NCBI RefSeq assembly: GCF_009914755.1
Contig: NC_060939.1
Reading direction: 5' to 3' (one strand)
Length of the DNA stretch: 64,000 bases
DNA from: the human T2T-CHM13v2.0 reference genome, Homo sapiens
Each line of letters starts with the position of its first letter. Positions within the stretch are counted from its first letter, which is position 1. Below, in pieces: positions 51,101-64,000 of this stretch. A model generated the notes under the pieces. That model searched no databases. It saw only the letters and a program-made list of their open reading frames with translations, and was not told the DNA's origin. The position numbers and the translations under genes were made by a program.

Positions 51101-53242
51101 ATTAATACGAATATGTGGGTTTTGAATAATAAAGTCCCAAGTGGAATGGTATGTTCATTATTTATTGAATCAATCAATAGGCATGCATTGGACACACATT
51201 TGAGAACCTACTCTGTCCTCTGCATGGGGGAGGTAAGGGTGACTGACGCGGGCACAGTCCTGACCTCAACAGGGCTTGCTATGGACCACCTATGATGTAC
51301 TAGGCACCTGTTTCCCCTGGGCATATGAGGATGAATAAAGCATGTTCCAGTGCCTTGGCCCTCACTATCTGGGTTGTAGGGGGAGACACACATGAGTTAA
51401 TGCATGATTTCACTGCTGTGAGATAGGGCTAGGTAGAGAAGTGAGCACATGGTGAAGTGAGGGTGCCGAGGAGAGGAAACGAACCCAGGCAGAGGAGGGT
51501 CAGGCAGCTGCTCTAGACCCAGAAGGACATCACTGCAGGCTGAGTTAGAAGGAACTAGACAGCCTGGGGAAGGGGAACAAAAACGCAGATACAGCTTAGA
51601 AATCAGACATGCCTTCTCCAAATCCCAACTTTGCTAGTAACTGGTAGCAATGACCATGGCTATTTTATCAATGACAGCATGCTGGGGAGTATGAGTAAGT
51701 GGGCCATGTTTGGGAGTCCAGTTTGGTGCAGCTGAGTGGAGAGTGGGAGGGACTGGGTTGGAGAGGGTGCTGGAGGAATGCAATGCAGCTATTGTAACAC
51801 TCTGCATTGCTCCCGTTTTATGTCTTGGGCATCAGCAGTTTTGGCCACATCATTTTCCATAGCATAGAGGTAATGCTGGGGAAGGTGGAGCATCCCTTAA
51901 AGGGCCCAGAACCGAGACACTCTTGAGCCCCTGAACTCCCAGTGGCTGTGACCTCCTCCCAGACCCTGGAGGAGGCATCTATGTAAAACACACCTGTCAC
52001 CCTTCCTCTTTGTTCTGGGACAAACAAAGGAAGGATTGGCACTTGGTTTTCCACCATTGTCTTTCAGAGCCTGTGACCCCACATGCAGGGGGTGAACCCA
52101 CTTCATTGCCCTTCAGCTGTTTTGTCTTGGCTGCCTACCTGGCTTTTGTTCCTTACTAATTTCAGGAGAACTAGGTTCGGTATCACCCCAGCCTCTCCTC
52201 TCTCTCATCTCCCATAGTTTACAGGTCTCTCCTATTTTTCATGTCTGAAATTTTCTGGCGCCATCTGTGCCCTGGGGAGAGGCAAGTGGCATTGGAAAGT
52301 GAGTGCCAGCCTAGAAATAGTGAAGCTCCAAATGAATCCCGTGGGCTGATCTCAGATCCCCTGAGATTTCAGGGAGCTGATGGGGGAGGGAGAAGAAAGG
52401 GGATGCTGTTTGGTCCTGGTCATTGTCACAAAGGGTTTCACATTTAGACTTTTTGATGTGATCCCCAAAGGAGATTGTACACATAATACTTTTTTGTGAT
52501 TAGAGTATTATACATTCGTTACCCTTGTTTTAATCTTTTAGGAGCTTGCCTTGTCTCTGCTCCCCTCCAAATGAAAGACGCCCAAGTATTTCCCAACCTC
52601 TTGGTGGTTTGTTTAGGCTCACAGGTGGGTCTGATGGGTCTGAGGCCTGGCCAGGTGAGTGCTCATGTCAGTACTCAGGTGACACATCTGAAGGAATTTG
52701 AAGTCAGGGTGAAATAAAAGGACAAGAACAACTGGGATGAATGAGAAATGTGGACAGAATGGCCCATGCAATTGTTTCCTGTTTGTTTCTGCCTGAAGGT
52801 GCCCATCTGTCCATCATGAATGTCTGCCTCTCCAAGTGCAATTCTTGGGGCATCTGGTCTTGGCAGAGACCTGCTCTAGCCTGAGTTGGCCATTCGCTAC
52901 ATATTAGAAATAAAAAGAAATGCTTCGTCTTGTCTGGCATGTTGCAAGGTCCGGTCTTGACCGTCTGTTATTTAAAGCTAAATATTCAAAATTGGCACAA
53001 AGGTAACCATTTAATCAGCATCAGGGAGAAGATGTAGGACTGTCTTACTTTGGTGAACCTGGAATGCAAATCACTTATTAGAAACCCTCAATCTGGGTAA
53101 CAAGGAAGCTAAGGTAATCTTTGGCCTTCTCATTTGCTTATTTGTGGGGGTTACAGCGGTGAAGGAGGATTGAGGAGCCCAGTCTCAGGAAGAGAGGCCT
53201 GAAATAGCTGGCCAGGACCTAGGCCCAGCTGGGGGAAGAGAC

Positions 53243-53356
53243 CAGGGTAACCCACCATCCCAGTTTTCCTAGGACTGAGGGGGTTCTTGATGTGCAGGAT
53301 TTTCAGTGCTAACACCAGGAAAGTTCCAGGCAAACTGGGACAAGTTGGTCACCCTA
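53243..53356. mobile_element. MER81 (hAT-Blackjack MITE)
   Basis: CAGGGTAACCCACCATCCCAGTTT...AAACTGGGACAAGTTGGTCACCCTA long terminal inverted repeats. Confidence 0.85.
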
Positions 53357-54252
53357 GGGGACTCATATGCTTCGTCAACTCCAGGGTGATGGGACCCACC
53401 ACTTGGCCAAGTTGGGAAGCCTCCCTCTTGTGGATAGGGAGCACTTTGCTGCAAAGCGTGGTAGACTCCACTCGGTTTTTCATAGAAAATTATGTCTCAT
53501 CTTTAAAAGAGTTTGATTTATTTATGGACCTGATGTTCTGGAATGCATCGATTTGCCTCCTTCCTCTGGAAGCATTGCTCCTGTGGGTGAGATGTATTGC
53601 TGGGCATTTCTCAACAAGCATCCTCATAGTTTTTCGCTATTTGAATAGACTGTTGCCTCTCAAATCCTTTTCTCTCCGTGCCGGTGTATTTATGACCTTA
53701 TCTCCACCGACCTCCAGGTCTTTACAGAGGGGAACATCTATTTAAGCCTTGGAGATCAAAAGATTTCTTTATTTTTCTTGACTTCCCAGAGGAAAAGGGG
53801 ATGTTGAGAGAAAAGCAACTGGGGGTTAGGGGGACTGAGGAAGAAAAGCAAAAGGAAGTTCCTCCCATGAGTGTGCATGGGGGACCTCGCAGTGGGCGGG
53901 AAGCAGACACAGGCTTCTGGGAAACACAGCCCAAATCCATATCATAAGACTCTTTTGGCATCCTTTCTTTGCCCTAATTCTTCTTTTTTAAGCCTTTAAC
54001 TCTGACACACTTCCCCTCTCTTCCTTTTCTTTCATTTGTCAGTTGTGAGTATTTTGGTTTGAGTCAAGAGAAACAGACAGCTGGTGCAGCCTTCATTGCT
54101 TCAATAACACCAGGGTGTTTATGTTCGCACTTTCCATCCGATGAGTGGGGTGGGTGTTAGGGAAAGCAGCTTGGTGTTCTGAGCCTTTGTGGGAGGGGTA
54201 GACCAGGATGGGGATGGCCTTCTCCAAGTTCAAGTTAAAACATGGTGGGATC

Positions 54253-54623
<371 letters not shown>

Positions 54624-54845
54624 TCAGAGGAATCATTTGCTATCTGGGATTATGCCAGATGGTTACCTTGAAAGGAGGCTGGGCCACCATCATTTTACAG
54701 GCTGTCATGAATTATTAGTGTGGGTAATGATTTTCTGAAACTTCCAACAAGGATGCCATCATTATGAAATTCACCCATCTCATCAGCATGTGGAGACCTG
54801 ACTTTCCCCTTCTAATTATTCTCAGGGCATCTCATGACCCTTAGA

Positions 54846-54923
54846 GCAGTGTTTGCAGTCTGGGTGCACATTGGAGTCACTGGGGAGCTTAAAAAAATAC
54901 TGATGCCTGGAACTCACCTCCAG

Positions 54924-54990
<67 letters not shown>

Positions 54991-55360
54991 AGACAGGGCC
55001 TCACTCTTGTCGCCCAGGCTAGAGTGCCGTGGTGTGATCTTGGCTCTCTGCAGCTTTGGCCTCCTGGGCTCAGGTGATCCTCCTGCTTCAGCCTCCTGAG
55101 TAGCTGGGACCACAGGTGCATGCTACTATGCCTGGCTAATTTTGGTATTTTTTTTTTTGTAGACATGGGATTTCACCATGATGCCCAGGCTGGTCTTGAA
55201 CTCCGGGGCTCAAGTGATTCTCCTGCCTTGGCCTCCCAAAGTGCTAGGATTACAGGCATGAGATACTGTGCCCTGCTGAGATTTTGATTTATGTGCTGCA
55301 GGGTGAGGCCTGGGCATCAGGATTGGAAAGTCTCCCCAGGTGACTGTGATGTGCAGCAAA
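54846..55360. mobile_element. MER5-type MITE split by AluJ
   Basis: GCACATTGGAGTCACTGGGGAGCTTAAAAAAATACTGATGCCTGG [Alu] GGGTGAGGCCTGGGCATCAGGAT...CCCCAGGTGACTGTGATGTGCAGC. Confidence 0.75.
54927..55277 (-). mobile_element. AluJ with T63 tail
   Basis: Uninterrupted T at 54927-54989; AluJ-type CTGGGCTCAGGTGATCCTCC; flanking GAGATTTT. Confidence 0.92.
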
Positions 55361-55384
55361 ATTGGATCATTGCTGCTTTCCAGC

Positions 55385-55545
55385 CTCACAGTGTGGTGGG
55401 TGGGCCAGCATCCAGCATCCAGCAGCATCTGGGGCCCTGTTAGGAAGGTCAATTTCAGGCTCTAGCCCAGGCTGAATCAGCATCTGCGTTCTAATAAGAC
55501 CCCCCTGGTCATTCACATGCATAGAAAAGGCTTAGAAGCATTGCC
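55385..55545 (-). mobile_element. MER5B-like MITE
   Basis: CAGTGTGGT...GCTGAATCAGCATCTGCGTTCTAATAAGACCCCC...AGAAGCATTG. Confidence 0.65.
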
Positions 55546-55601
55546 TTAGAGCCTGTGTACCTGCGCAGGTGGGACCAGCCAACAGCTTTGCTAGGTTGTT
55601 A

Positions 55602-55915
<314 letters not shown>

Positions 55916-55924
55916 GCCATATTT

Positions 55925-56140
55925 TGAGGTCAGCTATACCTGGATTCAAACCCTTGCTCTTCTGCTTATTAGTTGTGCAATTTTGGACAAGTCAGCAACC
56001 TCTTGGTACCTTGGTTCCCCATCCATAAAATGGGGACATATGTAATACTAGTGTTATAGGTTGGCTGTGAAGAGAAATGGCTCATGATTTGCTTACCACA
56101 GTGCCCTGCACACAGCAAGGGCTCAGTATGTTAGCTGTCA
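55925..56140 (+). mobile_element. MIR
   Basis: CCTGGATTCAAACCCTTGCTCT...CCCCATCCATAAAATGGGGAC. Confidence 0.8.
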
Positions 56141-57046
56141 TTACTATGAAAAATGCTGATTCCACCCTCAGGACTAGAGGCTTTATTTTTTTCTTTATGG
56201 CACCAGCTTTTGAGAAAAGAAGGGCTGAGGGATTTTAAAAATCAAACTTAGTTTGTTTTTTTGGCAATTATGTGGTGGGTGCATGGGAGAGAGGACCAAC
56301 TTTAGTTAATCTATAACAATATTTTGTTTGACTTTTCTGATAAGATCAACCCCCAAAGAATTTCCAGCAAGCACTATAGGAGAGAGGCAGTTACTAAAAA
56401 TGTAACCTTTCTTTCCCCCGCAGTAGTCTCGGAGATATATTCTGGGAACTGAGTATTAGGCACATCAGAGACAAATCACCTCCTTTGAGCTGTCCAGGTT
56501 ATAGCCCCCTGATGAACCCATTCTCCCATTCCCAGGGCCAGCCAGGCTGCTTCTGGGAAGCTGTAGACATGCTTTTCCTATATGGGAGCAGGCCTGGAGC
56601 CAGCCTCTGAGGTTCTTGGCCCAGTAAAAAATTGCAATCCTCAGCAGTCCCTGGCCTCAATGACTCACTGCTCTAAAGAATATAATTCACATGTCTAGAT
56701 GAGAGGCTCATATATCTGCTGGACACTGTTACTATGAGTGGAGTGTTACTGACAGCCAATCATAAGCATTAGTCAAAAGTATGACCTCAATAGCAGCCAA
56801 TCAGGCCATTCCTAGGGGAGTTGGGCCTTCCACAGGTTTCCTGTTATTTGTAACTCACCTTCAAGGATGTGGGTCAGGGATGCAGGTAGAACCTAATTGC
56901 TTGGAATAGAGTTTTGCAAAGTGGAGCCTGGAGATACTACTTGAAAAAAGGGTCTTGTGGTTGCATAAGTTGGGGACCATTGCCTGTTATATCCCTCTCA
57001 TGGAGATCTGGCATGTACTGAGCATATTATGGACTAGAGGTGATCA

Positions 57047-57509
<463 letters not shown>

Positions 57510-57949
57510 CTAATGTTTCACAGGGCAAAATTTGAAAGTTGCTTGGAGAATTCTGAATTCTGCAGCAACATGTCTGTTATTTATCTTGCCCTCAGTCGAT
57601 CAGTTAGTTTAACTCTGGGTTGTGGGGCTACTTTTCAGGGCATTGTTAGGGAGGACCTCTTTGAGAAAGTTCCCTTGAAGCTGAACCTTGAGGGATAAGG
57701 ATCCAGGTTTCTGAGCTGGGGAGAAACATTGCAGCTGCAGTGAGCAGGACCGGCTGGTGGGAAATAACGTAGGGAGGAACAAGGATATACAGGGCCTACC
57801 GGGCTGTAGTAAAATGCCTGGATTTCCTCAAGTTGATGAGAAATCTTTGAACGATTCCCAGCAAGGCTGTGACATGGTTTTGCTAATTTTAGAAGTAACA
57901 CTTTGTCCACTGAATACAAGGTGGTTGATAAACAAAACTAAAAGGAATT

Positions 57950-58538
57950 GGGCTAGATTATGTTTCCCCAAGATGGCCACAAAGAACATCTTCCATCCCA
58001 CATATTCTTGAACCTTCAAGCGTTCTATCAAGAGACGAAGTCTAATGGACATCCCTTTGAACTTAGGCAGACTTCTGACTTGCTTTTAATGGATAGGATG
58101 CACTGGAAATGATGCTCTGTGACTCCCAAGGTGAGGTTATAAAAAACAGTGGCAGTTTCCACATGGGAACCTGTGCTCAGAGCCCTGGGATGTCATGAAA
58201 GAAGTCGACCCTCCCTTCTCCCCCAGGCCGCCATGCTGTGAGCACTCAAAGCCGCATGGAGGGGCCTCATGTAGGTTCTCCAGTTGGCAGTCCCAGACTT
58301 TTCGTTCTCCCAGCCCAGTGCCAGACATGTGAGTGCATAAGCTTTAGATGAGTCTGGCTTCCAGCCATCAAGACACCCTCAGTTTTTGAGGCTTCCCATC
58401 TGAGGCTCCAGACATCAGAAAACAGACACTAGTGTCCTTTCCAAATTACTGATCTACAGAATCATGAGCAAATTGTAGTAATAAATAATAAATAAATGTA
58501 AGCTGCTAAGTGTGGGGATAATTGTTATGCAGCAGTTG
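57950..58538 (+). mobile_element. MLT1F-H-type MaLR LTR
   Basis: CAAGATGGCCAC...CCCAGTGCCAGACATGTGAGTG...CAGAATCATGAGCAAAT...CTAAGTGTGGGGATAATTGTTATGCAGCA. Confidence 0.8.
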
Positions 58539-59878
58539 TGAGAAGAACAGGGAGAATAGGCAGGAGGCTGCTGCAGTGGTTTGGGCAGGAGAAGATGATG
58601 GCTTGAATTTAGGATTGTCAGTTCCCATGAGTTATAGTTCATACCAGAATACAGCTGTAGTAAAGAAGAAAAAAGTTAGGCTTATTTGCTGCAGCAAGGA
58701 AGCGTGTACATCATGGAGAACCATGGGGTATCTCAAAAGAGAGGAGTCAGGGAATGGCTGCTTATAAGGTTTTGGGGGCTGGAGTTAGTTGTAGATAGTC
58801 TTGGCAGGAATTGACCAGAATTCTGTTATCTTGGAAGCTGCTGCAATAGTGAGTGGTCTTTAGGACTTTAGAATCTGTATATAGCTCTGTTAATTTGTCA
58901 GTAAGGTCAATTTGTCTGCTCTACTTGGAACATATGGGTTTGAATGAACTGGTATAAAAAGAATTTTTGTTTTAAATAGTCTATGATGTGCTTCATGGCT
59001 TAGTCTAGCGCAGATTCTCTCTGTGAGTCAGGGTACATTTTGCAAGATGTGGATTCTGTTTCAATTCTAAATTCTGTTCAACAGCTTTGCCGCCAGCTGT
59101 TACTTTTAAGAGATTGTGATTTTGTTAAAAACAGGCTCCTTATCTTTAAGAGATACAAACTGAAATATTGACAATATAAAGCAGCAGTTCTCAAATATTT
59201 TAGTCTCGAGACGTCTATGTACTAAAAAATTATTGAAGACCCCAAAGAGCATTATTTCATTTTGTTTATATACATTTTTATAATTTCAATTTTTATTTTA
59301 GATTCAGGGGGTACAAGTGCAACTTTGTTACATGAATATATTGCATGACACTGAGGTCAAAGGGCATTTTAAAATGTGAGTTGTAGTTATTGATATTTAC
59401 CGCATTAGAAATTAAAACAAAAAATGTAAATACATTTATTTATAACAAATGACATGTTTTTAAAGACAATAACTACATTTTTAAAGAAACTGATGAGAAG
59501 AGTGCTATTGTTTTTTTTTTTTTTTTTTTTTGCAAATATCTTTGATAGTCTGGCTTAATGGAAGATGGCCGGATTCACATATTGGCTTCTGAATTTAATC
59601 AGTTGCAATATGTTTTGATTGGAGTGTACAAAATTTGGCTTCATACAAATAATACTTGGTAAAGGTGGGAGTATTTTAATAGCCATTTTCACATAACTGT
59701 GGTTATTCTTCTTTGATATTGTATCAAAACTTGATAAGTGGTAGTTTTTATCTGTAGTCAAACTTTTGTACTCCGTTCCATTATAATCCATTGGTCTATC
59801 TTATGCTTTAAATGAATCTTTTACTCATGCATGATTTTGTATTATTCATTGGTCACTTGTAAATATTAGTTTTGGTTA

Positions 59879-60169
59879 TTTTTTTTGAGACAGGGTCTCA
59901 CTCTGTTGTCCAGGCTAGAGAGCAGTGGTGTGATTTTGGCTCACTGCAACCTCGATTTCCCTGGCTTAAGTGATCCTCCCAGCTCAACTCCCTGAGTAGC
60001 TGGGACTACAGGTGTGCACCCCCATGCGCAGCTAATTTTTATATTTTTTGTTGAGACAGGGTTTCACTTTGTTGCCCAGGCTGGTCTCAAATTCCTGGGC
60101 TCAAGTGATCCTCCCATCTCGGCCTCCCAAAGTGCTGAAATTATAGGCATGAGCCACTGTGCCTGGGCT
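59879..60169 (-). mobile_element. AluJ
   Basis: TSD TGTAAATA(T/C)TAGTTT. Confidence 0.92.
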
Positions 60170-60689
60170 GTAAATACTAGTTTATTAAATAGTCACATCT
60201 TCCAAATCTTGACAGATTTCATTATACAATATAAAATATTACACTTGTTAATTTCGTCACTGATATTGTCAGAGAAGTTTTTAAGTAGTGGGAAGCTATC
60301 ATACTTACGGTGGCAGACATAATTTTCCCCAAATTCTACATTTTACTTTAAAATTTGAAGCATATCATTGGCAACAAGTTGACAACAAAAATGCTGTCAG
60401 TTGTTTTCCTCGAAATGACAGTCTTACTTTATTCATTTTTGAGAAAATATATGCCAAATACCTGAGTCTGTATAACCAGAGTTTGTTAGTCGAACTTTCA
60501 AGTAAAAATAACGTTCCATGAAAAAGTCAACTAGGTTAGCTTGTCACTCAAACATTTGTACAAGTGCTTTTCCAGGAGGCAACTATTATACTTTGGTATG
60601 CAGTATAAAGCACTTTATGCATACTTTCACTTGGTTGCTCATAGTATTAAGATGTGTACCTGAAAGTTGAGATTTGACAAAATTAATAA

Positions 60690-61007
<318 letters not shown>

Positions 61008-61249
61008 CACTGGTGTTTATTTCAATGTGAGTGAGTGGTAGTGGAGACCACAGTGCTGTCATGCTGCCCTGGCCAGAGCTAAGGCACCAGCCACTTACCC
61101 ACCATGGCTTTTGTGCTGTTATTGCAAGTGTCAATACAGTGAAAAAGGCAAATGATGTCTTAGTAATAGAATAAAAATAGACTTGACCTGGAAGTTTCTC
61201 GGGAAGTAACTTGGGGGATCCCTAGGAGTCTACTGATCAACTTTGAGAT

Positions 61250-61410
61250 GTAGGACTTGCTTCAAAATAATCCAGGAGGGAGGAAGGGGAGGGGATGTCC
61301 GGATGAAATAGGAGTGGCCAGGAGTTGATCATTGTTGAAGTTGAGTCACAGGGGTTCACTGTACTATTCTGTTTATTTTTATATGTATTGAACTTTTTTT
61401 ATAATAAGAG
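61250..61410 (+). mobile_element. Old L1M 3' end (other half near 59110-59180)
   Basis: TTGCTTCAAAATAATCCAGG...TTGATCATTGTTGAAG...GGGGTTCACTGTACTATTCT. Confidence 0.65.
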
Positions 61411-61563
61411 CTAATGAAAAGATTGAGTCCCAGGACTGTAGCTTTAGTACCTGGGCAGACAGTAGTGCTATTTATTGATGGGGAGAATAGGGGGAGCAGG
61501 GACAGGTTTTGGTTGCGGAATCTAAGAATTCTGTCCAGAAAACATTACATTGAGATGCCAGGT

Positions 61564-61922
61564 TATATTGGCCCATTTTCATGCTGCTGATAAAGACATA
61601 CCTGAGACTGGATAATTTATAAAGAAAAAGAGGTTTAATGGACTCACAGTTTCATGAGTCTAGGGAGGCCTCACAATTATGGCGGAAGGCGAAAGACATG
61701 TCTTACATGGCGGCAGAAAAGACAGAAAACTTGTGCAGGGAAAACTCCCCCTTATAAAACCAGCAGATCTCCTAAGACTTATTCACTAGCACCAGAACAG
61801 CATGGAAAAGACCCACCCCCATGATTCAATTACTTCCTACCGGGCCCCTCCCGCAACACGTGGGAATTGTGGGAGCTACAATTCAAGATGAGATTGGGTG
61901 GGGACACAGCCAAACCATATCA
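61564..61922 (-). mobile_element. THE1B LTR
   Basis: GCTGCTGATAAAGACATACCTGAGACTGG...GGGGACACAGCCAAACCATATCA; perfect TSD CAGGT. Confidence 0.93.
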
Positions 61923-62661
61923 CAGGTAGACCACCCACTTTGCATATGTGGGTCTGGAACACAGAATCCCAGTGGTCAGCTGGTATTTTAAGCCATGGAA
62001 CTGGCTGTAAGGGCAGAAGTGTGTAGAGAGGCGAGGGCCCAGTTAAGCAGCCTCTCTCCATGCCCTGAGCTTGATGATGTGGCCTTGGTTAACCACCTCC
62101 AGCTCCAAGAAACTTCACGGTCTTCCTCTGCCCTGGGAGCTTGGCACTGCCCCCTTGGAATTCAATATTTCATCCTCTGGTGCTCTGATTATCTCTTGGG
62201 ATTAGGAGGCATTAGAAGAGCCCAGGAGAAGGAGTCAGCTTTTGGATTTCCTTGGAAAGCTCTAAGCAGATTTTATCCCCTCTCCATCTGTTATGTTGGG
62301 AGTTCGTGGGAGGGGGAGGGATCACAAGAAAGTGTGAACTCAGACTCTTTAAGCCTAATTTTGACTGCCTAATTTTGACTGTTTGTAGACTTCACCCACC
62401 AAAATAGTTGCTGGAGTGGTTCACAGTTTAGACATTGTCATGTTTGAGGCTAGTCTGGTGGTGAAGAGCTTAACCTCTGGAATTTGATCAACCTGATTTC
62501 AAATCCCTTCTCCTTACTCCCTTACTGGCTGTGTGACTGGAGTGAGTTGCTAAACTCCTCCAAGTTTTAATCTTTGCCTGTCTAAAATGCGGAGGATAAA
62601 AGCATCTCTTCATTGGTTTGGAGAGAGGGTTAATGAGGAAATGCACTCAGAGGGCTAAGAG

Positions 62662-62843
62662 GAAACCCTATCTCTACAAAATTAGCCAGGTGTGGTGGTA
62701 TGCACCTGTATTTCCACTACTTGGGAGGCTGAAGTGGGAGAATTGCTTGAGCTCAGGAGGTGAGGTTGCAGTGAGCTGAGATTGAGCCACTGAACTCCAG
62801 CCTGGGTGACAGAATGAGACTTTGTGTCAGAAAGAAAAAAAAA
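62662..62843 (+). mobile_element. Alu right-arm fragment
   Basis: GAAACCCTATCTCTACAAAATTAGCCAGG...GAGACTTTGTGTC plus A tail. Confidence 0.88.
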
Positions 62844-63886
62844 GACTCTACTTATGGCAGATACTGAAATATTCCTACCCTTTCCAGCAAGTGTTCAGCT
62901 GGACTGCTTTGTTCCCCTTTTCTCTATCCTTGTCCCTGTTTCTTGTGTAAAGCAGTAAGATGTAACGATACAATGAAGAGGGGCAGCAGTGACTCAGGCA
63001 GGTAACCAGATGGCTTTACAAGTGGTCATTTTATCGGTCTTGGATCTTTCGGGCCATTCTGTCAGCTAAGAGTTCCCCAACCCAGTGCTAAATGACTTAT
63101 CAAAGAAACCAACCAGGTCCATCTGGAGCCGAGTGCGGTCCTTCTGTCTAGAACATTTGGGAGCCTCTAGTGCCCTGAAGAGCATCAGTGCCTTCCAGGG
63201 ATGGGATGGGATGAATGTAGCGAGGCTGCACCTGCTGCTCTCAGCTTTCTCAGTTTGCAGAGCTGACTTGCTGCTTCCATCCCCTGGACGCCCCACCTCC
63301 TGTTCATTGCTGGAACCCAGGTTGCAGGGTCCTGCCTTGTGTTCAGCATTTGCTCCTCTTCCCTGAGTCATTATCTTTTGGTCATTACCATTTAAACTTT
63401 GCCATCTAGGATGACTAGGTGTCTGTCCTGTTGGAGAGACTTGCACCAGTTAAACTATTGGTCGAAGAGGTACCATGGTGGTCTATTGTCCTGACACCTT
63501 GGGGTTATCTAGTGTGCATCAAGGGGTTTGTCTGACTCAAAGGCTTATTCCACACCTCCTGCTGATGCTGCTCAGCAACAGGTGAATCCTCATATCCTGT
63601 TTTCTAAACCTAAGACCTGCAATAGCCATGATCTAGGGTGGTACATCAACAGAGGACTCATAATTGAGACAGGCACCAAAGAAGAAACAGCTTTGGTAGT
63701 TATACTTGGTCAGACATGGAAAGATGTCAAGGTAACTGCAGCTCAAGGCAACCTGGGGTCACTTTTCCTTAGTTGAACCAAGATCCCCTATACATACTCC
63801 AAGTTCTCCTTTTAATTCTTTTGATTATACCAACTCCTTATGTACATCTTTTTATGTCAATATTTCTATTTGCTAAGACTATACTT

Positions 63887-64000
63887 GGCCAGGTGCAGTG
63901 GCTCATGCCTGTAGTCCCAACACTTTGGATGGCCAAGGTGGGCAGACAGCTTGAGCCCAAGAGTTCAAGACCAGCCTGGGCTACATGGTAAAACCCCATC
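63887..64000 (+). mobile_element. Alu (AluJ-like), cut by window end
   Basis: GGCCAGGTGCAGTGGCTCATGCCTGTAGTCCC... Confidence 0.9.

Noticed and set aside
59555-59791. hAT transposase-like ORF
   Set aside because: Short, frameshifted remnant in a Charlie1 fossil interrupted by Alus.
62353-62380. 14-bp tandem duplication GCCTAATTTTGACT x2 (similar small duplications near 14811-14841 and 36891-36918)
   Set aside because: Ordinary slippage duplications with no further structure.

Overview
This is human genomic DNA. A full-length AluYb8/Yb9 element at 16708-17033, a human-specific subfamily, fixes the species. The window reads as repeat-rich intronic or intergenic euchromatin. It holds about 30 Alus, MIR/L2 relics, L1 3' fragments, many MaLR/ERVL solo LTRs (THE1, MST, MLT1, MLT2) and hAT/Tigger DNA-transposon fossils (MER5, MER2, MER46, MER81, Charlie1, Zaphod/MER115). 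I cannot support any protein-coding gene, RNA gene or CRISPR array, and I cannot name the locus. The long ORFs in the track are artefacts of simple repeats or of Alu/L1 sequence. The most notable structures are: (1) a ~1.47-kb almost A-free (CT/GT)n tract grown from an Alu tail, followed by a perfect DR5 nuclear-receptor element and a well-formed candidate exon; (2) a ~720-bp two-domain 24-bp minisatellite born inside an MLT1A LTR; (3) the young AluYb9; (4) a 25-nt insertion flanked by a target-site duplication (TSD); (5) a triple-nested MaLR LTR stack; (6) a T63 tract on an old AluJ; (7) a THE1B carrying the CCTCCCT recombination-hotspot 7-mer. Repeat subfamily names come from recalled consensus sequences and should be confirmed with RepeatMasker/Dfam. 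No new biological system is demonstrated; the 10.9-13.9 kb cluster is the best speculative candidate.
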